A DNA stretch of 61,578 nt, filler included, from Globobulimina sp. (lineage: Eukaryota): assembly GCA_003354225.1 (NCBI GenBank). It is 20 parts of 20 records of this genome, joined end to end, with 100 filler letters (N's around TTAATTAATTAA, not from the genome) between each part and the next. Parts side by side here need not be neighbours in the genome. Positions count along the whole stretch, not along the records: positions 24,684 to 27,668 come from PIVH01004137.1; positions 27,769 to 30,753 come from PIVH01004138.1; positions 30,854 to 33,838 come from PIVH01004139.1; positions 33,939 to 36,922 come from PIVH01004140.1; positions 37,023 to 40,006 come from PIVH01004141.1; 15 more parts are not named here. One strand, given 5' to 3'. The position numbers and the translations under genes are program-made. This document shows positions 24,684-37,420 of this stretch, in pieces. Each line of letters opens with the position of its first letter. Position 1 is the stretch's first letter. Below the pieces are notes generated by a model. It did not search any database and had not been told where the DNA came from. It was given only the letters and a program-made list of their open reading frames with translations.

Positions 24684-25728
24684 AAAGAGATGCCTGCAAT
24701 GTGCGCATTCCATTTGATTTTATTGGCTTTATTCAAAGTAAACTTGACGATAATTATGATGCGTCTGGCAGCCAAGAAGAAGATGTTGATATTGAAGAGG
24801 TTGTATCTGAGAGCAGAGTGTTTGGCAAATCAAAGTTATTTGTTTACCTAAACTAAAAACGTTTTTTTATATGATCGATGTATTCGTTTTCGACTAAATA
24901 ATACTCTGAATATATGTATATTTATTCAAAAACGGATTGTCGAAACATTATGGCTCGGAATAATATATATGTAGTTTGGTAACGTTGTTGGATGAATATC
25001 TAACTGTTTCTGATAAAGGATGGAAAATAATGTTTGATCATGTGATGCATCCCATAATTACGCATGTTAAGAAATTGTTGATGGAGCCTGCGTTAATGGG
25101 AAACTGCAAATATTTGTGCTTAGCCGGAGGATTGTCGACGTCTCCATATTTCCAGGCGAAAATAAAAGAGGAATTTGGCTGTCGATCCAAATATAGATTG
25201 CGTTTAATTACAGCGCAGAGACCCATCTTGTCGGTGGTTGTCGGAGCAGCATATTTTGGGATTACTCCAAATTTTATAAGAGCAAGAAAATTGAACTATA
25301 CATATGGTTGGATTGCGGATTTGTCGGCGCAATATGCGAAGACATGCAATGTTCCATCGGATTATATTGTAGAGAACCTATATTATGAGGAATATCACCG
25401 TCAATGGACTGTTCAAGATTGTTTTGTAGTGCTTGCACGGAAAAATGAAGAGATTTACACCGGACAAATAAAGCGAGTGAAGAGTGTCCGAACTAATCCG
25501 AAACATAGCACATGCATAGAAATCATATGCAGTATGATGGAATATCCAACAATCAAAAAACACGGGAAAGTTCTAGGCGATATCCTTGTCACATATCCAA
25601 ATGACGATGAGGATGATATGAACATTATTTTAGAGTTTCATTTTTATGACACTATAATCAAAGCGGTAGTTTATAGAGAAAAGGATCCAAATGATAAACA
25701 AATACGTTATATTTCCAACAATGATTAG
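24684..25728 (+). CDS. HSPA12-like atypical Hsp70, C-terminal part; intron 24835-24974
   Basis: YLCLAGGLSTSPYFQAKIKEEF, LSVVVGAAYFG, IRARKLNYTYG and LEFHFYDTIIK. Confidence 0.85.
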
Positions 25729-25864
25729 TGTTTTCATCGATCTTGTTTTTTCAAAAAACTCTTCGTCATCGAATACAAGGTCAACTTCGAATACTCGTAC
25801 TAGGTTGAAAACTACTCTAGAAATTTGGCTCAAGAAACAAAAGCTGTGCGTCAAAATCTTTACA

Positions 25865-27366
25865 ATGACTGATTCCATGTACGCGTATAATGGTTTTTGC
25901 CTATTTGTGGCAATTATGTCAATTATCATTACAATATCAACATCTGGAATTGCATTTTTTTTAATCAAACATTTTATCCACAGCAGTTCCACAGAGATTA
26001 TGCGCAAAGGTGAAATTGTTCAAATTAAACTATATTTTAAAATAACTGCATCGATTACTCTTATATTTAACTCATTAAATACCTTTTTTAACAGTTTATA
26101 TTGTTTATATGTATATTTTGATTGTCCATTACATGACGATACACCATTTATATATCACCCATCACATATTCAACGCATTACATCCACCGTATCATGGTAT
26201 ATTGCTAAAGTATCATTAATATGGTTTTTTAGTGGTCGATTATATCATGGATTTAAAGGCAGTTCGTTAAGGTATCAAATATATCATTTATCTCTCCTCA
26301 CATACACATAAAAACAAACCCCTCCATTTATAAAAACAGAGTAAATCGTTACATAATGATATTTATTAATAGTTTTAACACATTATTTGCTCCAACCTCT
26401 CTTTGTTTAGCTTATTGGTTCGTGTATAACAATTATTTCATTCTCGCAGAAATTGCCTTTAATGTTTGGCGTATCCAATATCAAATTGTAGTATTTTATG
26501 TTTTAGTGCAGTTCAGCAAAAGGTTGTTATTTTTAACAATGCGCGAACTCCACAGCACCAATGATAATATTAATAGGAAAGGCGGAAAACAGCGCATTTA
26601 TCTTTTAAATGTAACCACAAGAAATGCCATATTAGTAACCACCATATCTTTCACTGTATTTTTGGTTTCCATTTGTTTTTTTGGTTTCCGTTTTTTATTT
26701 GGCGAACAAACCCGATTAACTTTATTGATTCCTTTGAATATGGCGGCTGTGGATAGTTTATGCACTTCCATTTGTATGATATGTTTATTTTCCACCGCAG
26801 CTGGCGACAGAATCTATCATTCAATCTGCAAATTCTGTGATAAAAACATTTATTTATTATTTGTGTACATGGCAAAAAGACAAATGACAAATAAAAACGC
26901 CCAGTTCCCGATGCTGACGAATTCGGTCAGTCTCAGTAGAGTGCCGGAGAAGTTATTACGAATCGGAAAGAATCGATCATCACTGCCTCCGCATGGCCAT
27001 ACTAGCAAAGTCCGGTCGAGCACTCCTCCGCCGCTCAGAGGGCAGAATATGTTGTCAAGTGTTCCCAGCTCCAGTGTACATTTAGGGACTGACCATGACA
27101 GATCAAATAGTAATGTATTGTCAGATGTTATTGTTACCAAAAATGAAAATGAAGCAAAACCGGTGGAATTACAAGTGGTATTTGGGGATATTACGAGTCA
27201 CAGTGCTCCATTATCTGAGCCATTATCAATACCATTAATCAATGTCAGTGTTTTGAAAATCGACTCCCATTCTGAACCGCTTACAGAAAGTAACAATAAG
27301 GATTCTAAAAACAAAAAAAAATATTCAAAATCCAATAGAAATTCATTACTCTTAAAAAAGATGTAG
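25865..27366 (+). CDS. Seven-TM (GPCR-like) membrane protein; intron 26272-26339
   Basis: About 7 hydrophobic helices after in-frame splicing (68-bp GT-AG intron), followed by a long Ser/Pro-rich tail. Confidence 0.65.
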
Positions 27367-27769
27367 CCATATATACAGTGCTGGCCTTACATACTTATTA
27401 CATTTTAATATTATATAAATTTCTTAGTGTTTTGAAGATATATATTTAGTTTGAGTGTTATTTTGTTTGCAATTTTTTTGATGTGTTTGCGTTAATAGTA
27501 TTTTAACTACGGTACAAAATTCGTATTTATAAGTTTCATTGTGACAAATAAGTTTATACCTAGACTTCAGCACACTAACTCTGTCGTCATTTTGCTTGCT
27601 TTGTGTGTTTGTTATTGTGTGTGTATTGTATCAATCAGATAGATTCTAAAAGGAAAGACTTCAATTCTNNNNNNNNNNNNNNNNNNNNNNNNNNNNNNNN
27701 NNNNNNNNNNNNTTAATTAATTAANNNNNNNNNNNNNNNNNNNNNNNNNNNNNNNNNNNNNNNNNNNNC

Positions 27770-29797
27770 AAAACAAAATCATTTAAAAGAACTGAGCCAT
27801 TCGTTTTGTTGTTGTCTGCATTTATCATTTTATCCGCGTCCTTTCTGACCCATTTACCGCACCATAACCACTCACTTGATATACAACAACAATTTCTCAG
27901 CGATGAGCGTGCCTTTATGCATCACTCTGCCATTCACGAACATGAACATGAACACGATCACAAATTATTGAGTACTGGCAGTCATAAACAAAAAATGATG
28001 AAAGAATTGGAAGAATTGGTTGTCATTAACAACAACAACAACAACAAAGACGTAAATATAATTGAATATACGTTATGGAGTATAATTATTTATATATTGT
28101 TTGTTTTGTTTTTTATTTTATTAAACACTCAGTTGTCATATTTACAAACGAGAATATATGAATTAATATTTGTTGATAAAAAGCTAAATAATGTGATAAA
28201 ATATACAAAATCCAAACAATCCGATTCAAATAAACCAATTGCGGATATTTTAAAATTAGTAACACTCTCAAAAGGTGATCGAAATGATATTATTGACAAT
28301 CAAATAGCTGTGCCATTATGGGCAAAATTAATATTTTTATACCAATTTGTGTCGATTCAATGTATTGCTATGATATCATATTTATTATTAACAATATTTG
28401 GATTGATGCTGAATTGGAATAATTCTAGAAACTCTCCATTTGTTCCAATGATTGCTTCCTTTACAATGTTGGTAGGAAATGAATTTAGTACTCGCAGTCT
28501 AAGGAGCTTGCAATTGCCGTATCATCCAAATTGGTTAAATCGTATTTTACATTTTCTGTTTGGTTATAAAATAAAACATCATCATCATCATCATGGCCAT
28601 GGCCATGGCCATCATATTAATATACCGCATCATCATAATAATATTACAGCCTTTATTCAACACTTAAGAGAGACCACATCCTCTCGGCGAATATTTATAT
28701 TTTTAAGTCTAAATTTTTTATTTATGTTTGTCGAATTTATCTATGGCTATTTATCAAATTCTTTAGGTTTGATATCTGATGCTTGCCATATGTTATTTGA
28801 TTGCATTGCGTTGGTAATTGGTCTGTTGGCCTCTTATTTGGGTTCGCCACATTATGCGCAGGCCACTGCCACGGCGGATGGATATGGATCCGGATCAGGA
28901 GCAGATATTAAATATTCCTATGGCTACGGCAAAATGAAGGTATTGTCTGGATTTATCAATGCAATATTTTTGGTATACATCGGTGTGTCAGTACTGATTG
29001 AATCATTTGAACGGATCATAAACCCGCCACACATTCATACGGCGGATCAGTTGTTAATAGTTTCTGTTTTAGGATTGCTTGTAAATCTCGTTGGTTTATT
29101 TTTTTTCCATGACGCCCATATGCATAGTCATGGTCATGGTCATAGTCATAGTGATTGTAATCATGGCCATGGCCATAATCATAATGATCATAATATCCGT
29201 GGCATTTTTTTGCATATTTTAGCCGATACCTTAGGCTCAGTCGGCGTAATAATATCTTCCTTATTGATATATTTTTTTGATTTAATAGTATTTGATGCGT
29301 TATGTTCCGTATTTATTGCAATTTTAATATTTCTGACGGTTTATCCCTTAATTCAGTCGACATCAAAGATATTATTACAAGAGACGCCATCATTTATATT
29401 GCCGTCATTTGCGCGCAGATTAGAGAGTGGTTTGTCTTCTGTGAGTGGAATAATTGGATATCGAGAAGCACATTTTTGGGAATATGAGCCCGGAAAACTG
29501 ATTGGTACCATCCACATACAAATCACTGAGGATGCAAATGAACAGCAATTATTGTCGCAGATCAATGATATTTTAAAACAAAGATTCGGTTTCAAGTCGG
29601 AAAAAGATTTAACGATTCAAATTGAAAAGCAATCATATTTAGATAAATGTGATCCAATTCATCATTCTGTTTATTCCAAAATTATTCCAATAAAAAACCT
29701 TCCAAACACAAAAAAAACAATAAATAAAATTCATATCGACGATCATGATGAATTACATTCAAATTGTAATCATAACCATAATCATAATCATTCATAA
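27770..29797 (+). CDS. CDF-family zinc transporter, ZnT5/ZnT7/Msc2-like (5'-partial)
   Basis: FLSLNFLFMFVEFIYG, SLGLISDACHMLFDC, YSYGYGKMKVLSGFIN, a His-rich loop, and NIRGIFLHILADTLGSVGVI. Confidence 0.93.
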   Translation, partial: KTKSFKRTEPFVLLLSAFIILSASFLTHLPHHNHSLDIQQQFLSDERAFMHHSAIHEHEHEHDHKLLSTGSHKQKMMKELEELVVINNNNNNKDVNIIEYTLWSIIIYILFVLFFILLNTQLSYLQTRIYELIFVDKKLNNVIKYTKSKQSDSNKPIADILKLVTLSKGDRNDIIDNQIAVPLWAKLIFLYQFVSIQCIAMISYLLLTIFGLMLNWNNSRNSPFVPMIASFTMLVGNEFSTRSLRSLQLPYHPNWLNRILHFLFGYKIKHHHHHHGHGHGHHINIPHHHNNITAFIQHLRETTSSRRIFIFLSLNFLFMFVEFIYGYLSNSLGLISDACHMLFDCIALVIGLLASYLGSPHYAQATATADGYGSGSGADIKYSYGYGKMKVLSGFINAIFLVYIGVSVLIESFERIINPPHIHTADQLLIVSVLGLLVNLVGLFFFHDAHMHSHGHGHSHSDCNHGHGHNHNDHNIRGIFLHILADTLGSVGVIISSLLIYFFDLIVFDALCSVFIAILIFLTVYPLIQSTSKILLQETPSFILPSFARRLESGLSSVSGIIGYREAHFWEYEPGKLIGTIHIQITEDANEQQLLSQINDILKQRFGFKSEKDLTIQIEKQSYLDKCDPIHHSVYSKIIPIKNLPNTKKTINKIHIDDHDELHSNCNHNHNHNHS

Positions 29798-29852
29798 AAG
29801 TTTTTTGTTTTGTTTTTGGTTTTGTGTTTTTTATAAATTAATTTTAATTCAG

Positions 29853-30753
29853 TTACAATGATGAAATAATGGGAAATTGTGTATCCATAACACTCGGAAT
29901 ACATTGAATCATGTCATTTGTGAGTGTGCTTCTTTTGTATTTATTAAATGCTTCGACGGCAAGATGTCGGGTCAATGACGAAGCCGCATAAGCTGCTGTC
30001 AGTGGAGTGTTAATATTGATATTATTATTTTGTTGATAAATATGTGTCCAATACAACCATAACCCAACAATACCGCATAATATATCGCCCTGTCCCCCAC
30101 ATCTGCGAAATGAATATGGTTCGCCAATCAGCACAAATTTATCACCATTTGTAATTATATCAACAGCACCTTTCCTTAAAATGGTAACACCGCCTAAACT
30201 ATTTGCCAACAATGACGTATCTCTGATTGATTTATATTGTATGTCCTCTTCAAAATCTTTACATGACAAAATCTCATCACATTTTATTGATCGATATCTT
30301 GATTTTAAACCCTTTTCTTCCGTATTGTCGATATCGATATCCTTATCCTTTTCCTTTTTAATCACTAATTCTTCAAATAAATCGCATGTATCAAATGGTG
30401 GTAAATATTCGTTAATATTGTTCTCATTAACATCTTTTTCAAGAATATAATTAATCCATAACCGCCGAAATTCCATGGCATTTGGTGTTAATATTATATT
30501 TTTATGCATATTCTGTGTTAAAATATGCCGATATTTAATTTGTGACAATAGCCACAATGCATCGCCATCCAAAACCATCGGCATTTTATATTGCAATGAC
30601 TGATTAATTATTAATGAGGCAGAAAAAAGAATATTTTTATTTCTGCCTAAACCTGGTCCAATTATTATTGCATGCATTCTTTTTAGGGATTGCTTAATCC
30701 AAATATCTAAATCATTTGGAATGTTATCACAAGCACAGTCGAGATATGGCGCA
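29853..30753 (-). CDS. NAXD: ATP-dependent (S)-NAD(P)H-hydrate dehydratase (CARKD/YjeF_C), 5'-partial
   Basis: HAIIIGPGLGR, VLDGDAL, ILTPNAMEFRRL, LRKGAVDII and RRCGGQGDILCG. Confidence 0.92.
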
Positions 30754-30853
30754 NNNNNNNNNNNNNNNNNNNNNNNNNNNNNNNNNNNNNNNNNNNNTTA
30801 ATTAATTAANNNNNNNNNNNNNNNNNNNNNNNNNNNNNNNNNNNNNNNNNNNN

Positions 30854-32711
30854 TTTTTTTCAATAATTTTAGCAACACTTCTTCCCTTTGATAATGTTTA
30901 AATTCTCGCAGTTGGTGACTCATTCTTTTCTGTTTCTTGCTGACCGGTTTTCCATTCACCATTTCAAGCTGTTTACCTTTTCTTTTTCCTCTTTGTTTCC
31001 TTTTTTTATTCTTATCATTCCCCTTAAACTTATCATCATTATTATTTTTCTTTTTATTTCTATTTTTTGCCCTCTCCAACTTCCTTCGTTTAATCATGTC
31101 CAATTTTTTAAGTCTCTCCTTTTCCCGCCATTTCTGTTTATATTTAATATCATTAAAATCAACATCCGTTCGCATAACAAATGAATCAATCGCATCCTTA
31201 CTCATTTTAATCCGTTTCAATTTTGGCAAATATAGCAATCCCATACAGTTTGCAATGGCGCCACAATTCAACACATTGATACTAAAAATATATTTACATT
31301 CATGATTATTATACGCCTCAATAAATGACACAAACGCTTTATGCGCCTTATCGAAAACAGCCCGATCTGACACTAAAATACCTTGCAACTTCTCCGTCAA
31401 CGCCGCAATTTCATCATTTATAATCTCTTCGCATGATTCAATATATTCCTCTTCACCGAGAAAACATTTTACATTCGATTCCGAAAACAATCTGTGCGTA
31501 AACAAGGAATTAACGCCTATTTGCTTTGCGATTGGCACTTTTTGCATTTCCAACAGACGCAAATAATTCATCTCATGTTCTCGTAGCAACACAATGGAAT
31601 TTCCAGACTTTCCCATCCGCGCCGTTCTGCCCACTCTGTGGATAAAAAATTCTATTTTCTGAGGTGGGTCGGCTTGAATAATAATATCAATATCAGCAAT
31701 ATCGATACCTCGCGCTACGACGTCTGTACATATTAACGCGCCGGCTTTGACTGTCGGACATGAGAATTCTTTATGTCTTTTACGTCGTATTTGCTGGTTT
31801 AGCCTACCGTGCATATACCAGATATTCATGCCATTATTCCGCAATAATTCGGACAAAACAAGCCGTAAATAGTCGACCTGGGCGCAGGTCAACACAAAGA
31901 TGATTATTTTTTTATCCTTCAACGCGTGTAATAAATATAGCAAATATAACATTTCCTGTCCTTCCCGCATTTTTATGTACTGATTTTCGAGCGATTGTGG
32001 TGTTTTTTGTGTTGTTATCAAAGTGTTTTTAAAAGTGTTTTTATTCCTACATTTTATAGATAATTGTATACGAATTGGATTGCGAAGGCCGACGCGAATT
32101 AATTCTTGGATTGTCTTTGACTGCGTCGCTGAAAATAAGCCCGTTCTGCGTTGTTTTGGTAAGAAGTGTAAAATGGAGTTTATTTGCTTAGAAAAGCCGA
32201 GGTCTAATAACCGATCGGCCTCATCAAACACTAATATTTCCAGTTCACGAACTTGTAAATATCCGACATTTAAGCAATGCAAAATCCGGCCTGGTGTTCC
32301 TATGACAATGTTACAGCCGGACTTTAGAATTAGTTGTAAGTCTTGCGAGTGACTGCGGATACCGCCGGTTATTAAAGCCAATGATAGCTTTCTCTTGGTA
32401 TGATTTAGAAATTCTTTTGCAACGCCAGCAATTTGTTCAGATAATTCACGGGTTGGTGCTATCACTAATCCGCCCGTTTTGTGTGAGGCCAATGGTGTTT
32501 CTAAGGATAATAATTTGTCAAAGATCGGAATGAGAAATGCTAACGTTTTACCGGAGCCAGTACAGGCTTCTACCACCACATCTTTGAATTTGGTAAAGTG
32601 AGGGATTGTGTTGGCTTGGACAGGGGTTGGTTTGTTGAAACCTAATGATGCAATTGTTTTGGCACAGCATGGATGGACATTCTTAAGAACTGATTCCCAG
32701 TCGAGCGACAT
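30854..32711 (-). CDS. DDX55: DEAD-box RNA helicase DDX55/Spb4 (3' end slightly truncated)
   Basis: Q motif, TGSGKT, PTRELS, DEADRLLD, LPKQRRTGLFSAT, HRVGRTAR, and the Spb4-type C-terminus AFVSFIEAY...GLLYLPK. Confidence 0.92.
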
Positions 32712-32784
32712 GGTCTTAATTTACAGTTTATAAAAACGTTAGTTTATGTTGCACCGCTCTGTTATATCAGTGTTACAAAGTATA

Positions 32785-33838
32785 ATGGCACAGGAACTGT
32801 TGGAAACAACTAGTATAAGAGACGAGGAAGGATCAGTACCACAGTCAGCAATACCAACATTAGAGCAAGTATTATCAGAACATGGTGTTGCTGCTGATGT
32901 GTATTCTAAATTAGTAGAAATGGGAGTTGGTTGGAATGAGTTATTGTTCATAGAAAATGATGATTTAAAGGTATTGTGTGGCAAAAAACAATTAAACTTA
33001 TCATTTACAATGAAATTGAAATTTAAAGCAGCGATAAAACAAATTCAATTAAAATATAAACCACAACAAAAAGCAGAGAGACATACTGTGCCAATTACAG
33101 TGAAAGAAGGAGAATATTTAACAACATTAAAAAGAAGATTTAAAAATACTGAAAATGTTCAAATATTATTCTCCAAACATTTTAATGAAATTGAAGAGTG
33201 TGTCAAGGAAAATAAATTGAACATTGATCAGGAATTTGATGCCATTCTCAATAATTTAAATAAACGAAAACAATCATTGTATAAACAAGTTGAGGTTATG
33301 TGGAATATAGAATTTATTTTATTTATATATATATTTCAAATGTATCAGATCGAAGAATGGAAATTGACGAAATTAGAGAATATAAATAAAGAAATGTCAA
33401 ATATTACCGATTATCGACAAGACATAGAATTGGCACTAAATGAATGTGATAAATTATTGGCAAATAATGATTATAACACTAAAAACAGACAACATAAAAT
33501 GGAACAAATTATTAATCCGTTATTTGAAAAATATACTGAATATAAACAATGGTTTGAATATATTGAGAATAATACGAAATTAATGCATGTTAAATTCGCA
33601 TCAAATATATCGATAAATGAATTGGGAAAATATGGAGAAATTGATAGAAATTGTTCCAATTCATTGTGTAAACAGACAGCAATAAAATTGAATGAAATTA
33701 AGGAAAGAGAGGAATTAATGAATGGATATAAAGTGACATTAAAATGGGAAACATCAAATAATTTAGAACAGCAACAAAATGATTTTGTAATTAAATATAT
33801 TGAGAATGAGGAAGATGACGAAAAAAAAGAAAATAATG
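32785..33838 (+). CDS. SAM-like domain plus coiled-coil protein (3'-partial)
   Basis: LEQVLSEHGV...SKLVEMGV..ELL...DDLK...KLKFKAAIKQ is SAM-like. A heptad-rich region follows. Confidence 0.55.
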
Positions 33839-33938
33839 NNNNNNNNNNNNNNNNNNNNNNNNNNNNNNNNNNNNNNNNNNNNTTAATTAATTAANNNNNN
33901 NNNNNNNNNNNNNNNNNNNNNNNNNNNNNNNNNNNNNN

Positions 33939-36922
33939 TTTTGGCTAATCCAGCCATCAAATCATGTGCTCGTCGATAGCCAGACAACGCACCTTCGCAG
34001 GCCACCACATATAAAACAATGCCATGCTCAGCTAAATTCCTGGCCACTTTGATTGGGTCCAATCCATCCGGCGAACCCTCCGGAAATCCCTCGTATTCAT
34101 TACCACCCAAGCCATGTACCGGTGCATCGGCGATCAAAACCACAATCCGCACACTGGACGCTCTCCATACTAATTTATTCCCAGACGCATCGTTAATGGC
34201 TGCGTTCAAACCCGATGTGACTGCCTCAGGGCCATCGCCCCCTCCTTCGGCACCATATTCATTGATATAAGCTATCATTTCTTTTTTCAATTTCGTGAAT
34301 GGATGGATTTGATAAATGAATGAAGAATCTTGGGGTGGATGGTCCCGATAGGCAATGTAACCAAATTGCACATCGATGTCTTTATTTTCCTCAATTTCAG
34401 ACACAATGGAGGTGATGGCTTCTTTTCCCTTTTCAATATATGCAGACATTGAACTCGTGCAATCCATACAAAACACCAAATCTAATTCTTGTTTATCCGA
34501 CATTACCACATCTTTTTTATTCGTCATTGCTGCGTCCAAACTACTCGCAAAACCTCCGCCTAATGCTAGCACAGATTTGTTCGGCAAACCACGTAAAAAG
34601 CCATATATCAAACCACTTATATGTTGGCATAAATATGCATTCTGAAACGCTAAGATATCAATCAACAATAAAGCATCAAATATGCTCTGTTGGATATATG
34701 GCAATTGCTCATCACCCGAATCGATTGCGATTGAACTCAACATTAAGGCAGCAATCCCCAATAAGCCATCGAATTTGCTGGTATCCGGCTTCAAGGGATG
34801 TAATCGGATTTGTTTTATATCACAATCCGCGATACTTTTGATTGCCTGACATCGACTCATGATCAAACCATTAATATTTTGATGTAAAAAGCTCACCAAA
34901 AATAATTTACATTGCTCATTAATTTCCTTCTTATACAAATCGAATAACTGTGCAAAATAATATCCTTTGTATCGTCTATTCTCGCCTTCATCAGACACCA
35001 ATATAAACAAATCCACTTTGATTTTATTAATGTAATATGGATATAACGCGCTCGCCATCGACGTAGTGCCATTCCCCTTCACTTTTGTCACCACTTCGAT
35101 GGTTTCGCGTACATCTCTGGGCACAACCGGTGGATCAAAGGGCTCTGAATTGAAAAACAACAAATCCGCACATAAGGCATAGCTCATCAACGATGACAAT
35201 ATCGAGGCAGTTCTAATTGCTACGTTCATGGAAGCAGAGGCATCGCCAAATATCGCCACGCGAAATTCAGATTTCTTCTCTCTGAAAATATCCACAATCC
35301 GCGGGATGGAATACAGTTTTAACTGTACGTGTTGTATCAGCAACGGTGCAAATTTGCGTCGTTCCTGTAAGAATTTGAGCAATCTCTCCATTAATTTCCC
35401 ATAATTTGATTTATTGCTACCGTCGTCTATAAAGATTAACTTATCTTTGCTCGCACTCAATCGCTCACAAATTGTATTTTCGACCTGCGGCAGTTCGAAT
35501 TCATCGTACCACCATAATAAATCTGGTAAGGGCGCATGTTGCGACAATATCAATTTTGCCGCATCGGGCAAAGTATCTTCAGGCGACACTAAAATCCGCG
35601 TTCGAATGTAACTATAACATTGACACAAATACGAATATTTCGTCAATAGTTCAACCAAATTCTCTTTGTTTACCATCTTTGCATTGTAAACCAACGAATC
35701 TTTGTCCATTAATTCTTCGTCTTTTTTTTCGTCCGTGTTTTCGTTAAACATCACGTTTTGGAAAAAGCCCATTTTTTTAGGGAAGTCTTTTACCGGATTG
35801 GTATGGATCAAATCGCAAATAATTCGCCAGTTCGTTTTCGGGAAATTTAATAAAAAAAATGACAATACGTTGCTGTCGACGCATTTGACCCATTTGGCGA
35901 AAAATTTCTGCTTTGCACCGCTTAATGAACCACAATGTAACGACTCGCCGTCTTTTTGTAAATTGTATACTTTTTGTTTTAACATTAATAATTTCTTTCG
36001 TTTTTTTGCGGGATTAGTTGGTTTCTGCTTGTTTTTCTTTGTGTTTTTCTTTTTGTTTGCCGGTGCTTCCAATTTTTGTATTTCTTTGATTTTTTGTCGT
36101 GCCAATCGCGGCGCATCTAATAATTGGATAACTTTTGCAATTTCAGGCACTGAATAATAACTAATATTTGCGGTCTTGTTTGTTGTTTCAGTATCTAATG
36201 TATATAATAATTGATGCACAATTTCAGTTTGTTTACAGGTAATTAATGCCACCAAAATCTTTGATTTGGAGGAGATACTCAATGTGCTGAATACTTTAAA
36301 TTTCATAAATGCTTCGATATGGGAAATATATGTTTCTTTGTTGTATCGTATACAATATATATGCTGCTGTACAGTGGTTATACTCTTGTGCTGTCCCAAT
36401 AATATTTGTTGAATACTTTCTATATTTAGTGCACTGAATTTCGTTTTGATTGCATCCATTTGTTTTTCATCTGGCTTCCATTCTTGTTTTGACAATAATT
36501 CAGTTGTAGCCATACCAATACTCTCACCCTGCTTATTGTCAATCGTAGCTTTTTCTAATGGGGATGGTTTGATACGTGCTCTATCATAACCTCCGTCATA
36601 ACCTCTGCCTCCGCCTCTGCTCCTGCCTCTGTCTCTGTCTCTGCCTCTGCTTCTGCCTCTATCATAACTATCATAGTCTCTATCATAGTCTCTATCATCC
36701 CGTCCACTCCTGTCTCTTCTTCTATCGTCTCCGCTTCTGTCTCGTATTCTGCCCCGCATTCTACCTCTGCTTCGACCTCTCATTCTACCTCTTGCACCAC
36801 CTCGGCCTCTATACCTGCTGCTTCTCAATCTTCCTCTACCTCTTCCTCTACCTCTGCTTCTGCTTCTGCCTCTACCTCTGCCTCTGACTGTTCCTCTTCT
36901 TCCACATTCGTCTCTATATGAT
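33939..36922 (-). CDS. RG/RS-rich protein with helical (TROVE-like?) region and two vWA domains (both ends partial)
   Basis: The frame is open across the whole contig. RG/RD repeats lie at ~36580-36922. vWA1 has VAIFGDASASM...GTT...ILVSDE. vWA2 has DLVFCMDCTSSM...YRDHPPQD...GGGDGPEA...LIADAPVHG. Confidence 0.85.
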
Positions 36923-37066
36923 NNNNNNNNNNNNNNNNNNNNNNNNNNNNNNNNNNNNNNNNNNNNTTAATTAATTAANNNNNNNNNNNNNNNNNNNNNN
37001 NNNNNNNNNNNNNNNNNNNNNNTGTTCACTTTGTTTTTCACTCCGGAATGTTCACTTTGTTTTTCA

Positions 37067-37360
37067 TTATTTTATTTTTATTGCATATACATACTTGAAT
37101 TTATTGTATTTCACAATTTCTTCGCCCACTAATCCTGTCCCAACACCAATGTCCAAAATAGTTAACCCTGAATTCTTTGTATTTGCCGCATATTTATTCA
37201 ACAACGAAGCACATATTGCTGGCGCATTATACCCCCATTCTTTTAGACATTCATCGTAATCCTTTGACCATGTATCATAGAAATTTTCTGTTGTGCCAAG
37301 CTTTTGTACCTCCAAATCATTCGCCAGTTTGTTCTTCCATTCTTTGGCTTTCTCCGACAT
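37067..37360 (-). CDS. Class I SAM-dependent methyltransferase (METTL27/WBSCR27-like), first exon
   Basis: FYDTWSKDYD...GYNAP...ILDIGVGTGLVGE. Confidence 0.8.
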   Translation of the reverse strand: MSEKAKEWKNKLANDLEVQKLGTTENFYDTWSKDYDECLKEWGYNAPAICASLLNKYAANTKNSGLTILDIGVGTGLVGEEIVKYNKFKYVYAIKIK

Positions 37361-37420
37361 TCTGATGTTTAATAATTGATAATACTTGAAAAACTGTGCG
37401 TGTTTTTTCCAGCAACAACC

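Noticed and set aside
36576-36887. Cys/Leu-rich ORF and similar antisense ORFs (e.g. 42439-42651, 44077-44337, 48153-48482)
   Set aside because: These are shadow frames of low-complexity coding repeats on the opposite strand.
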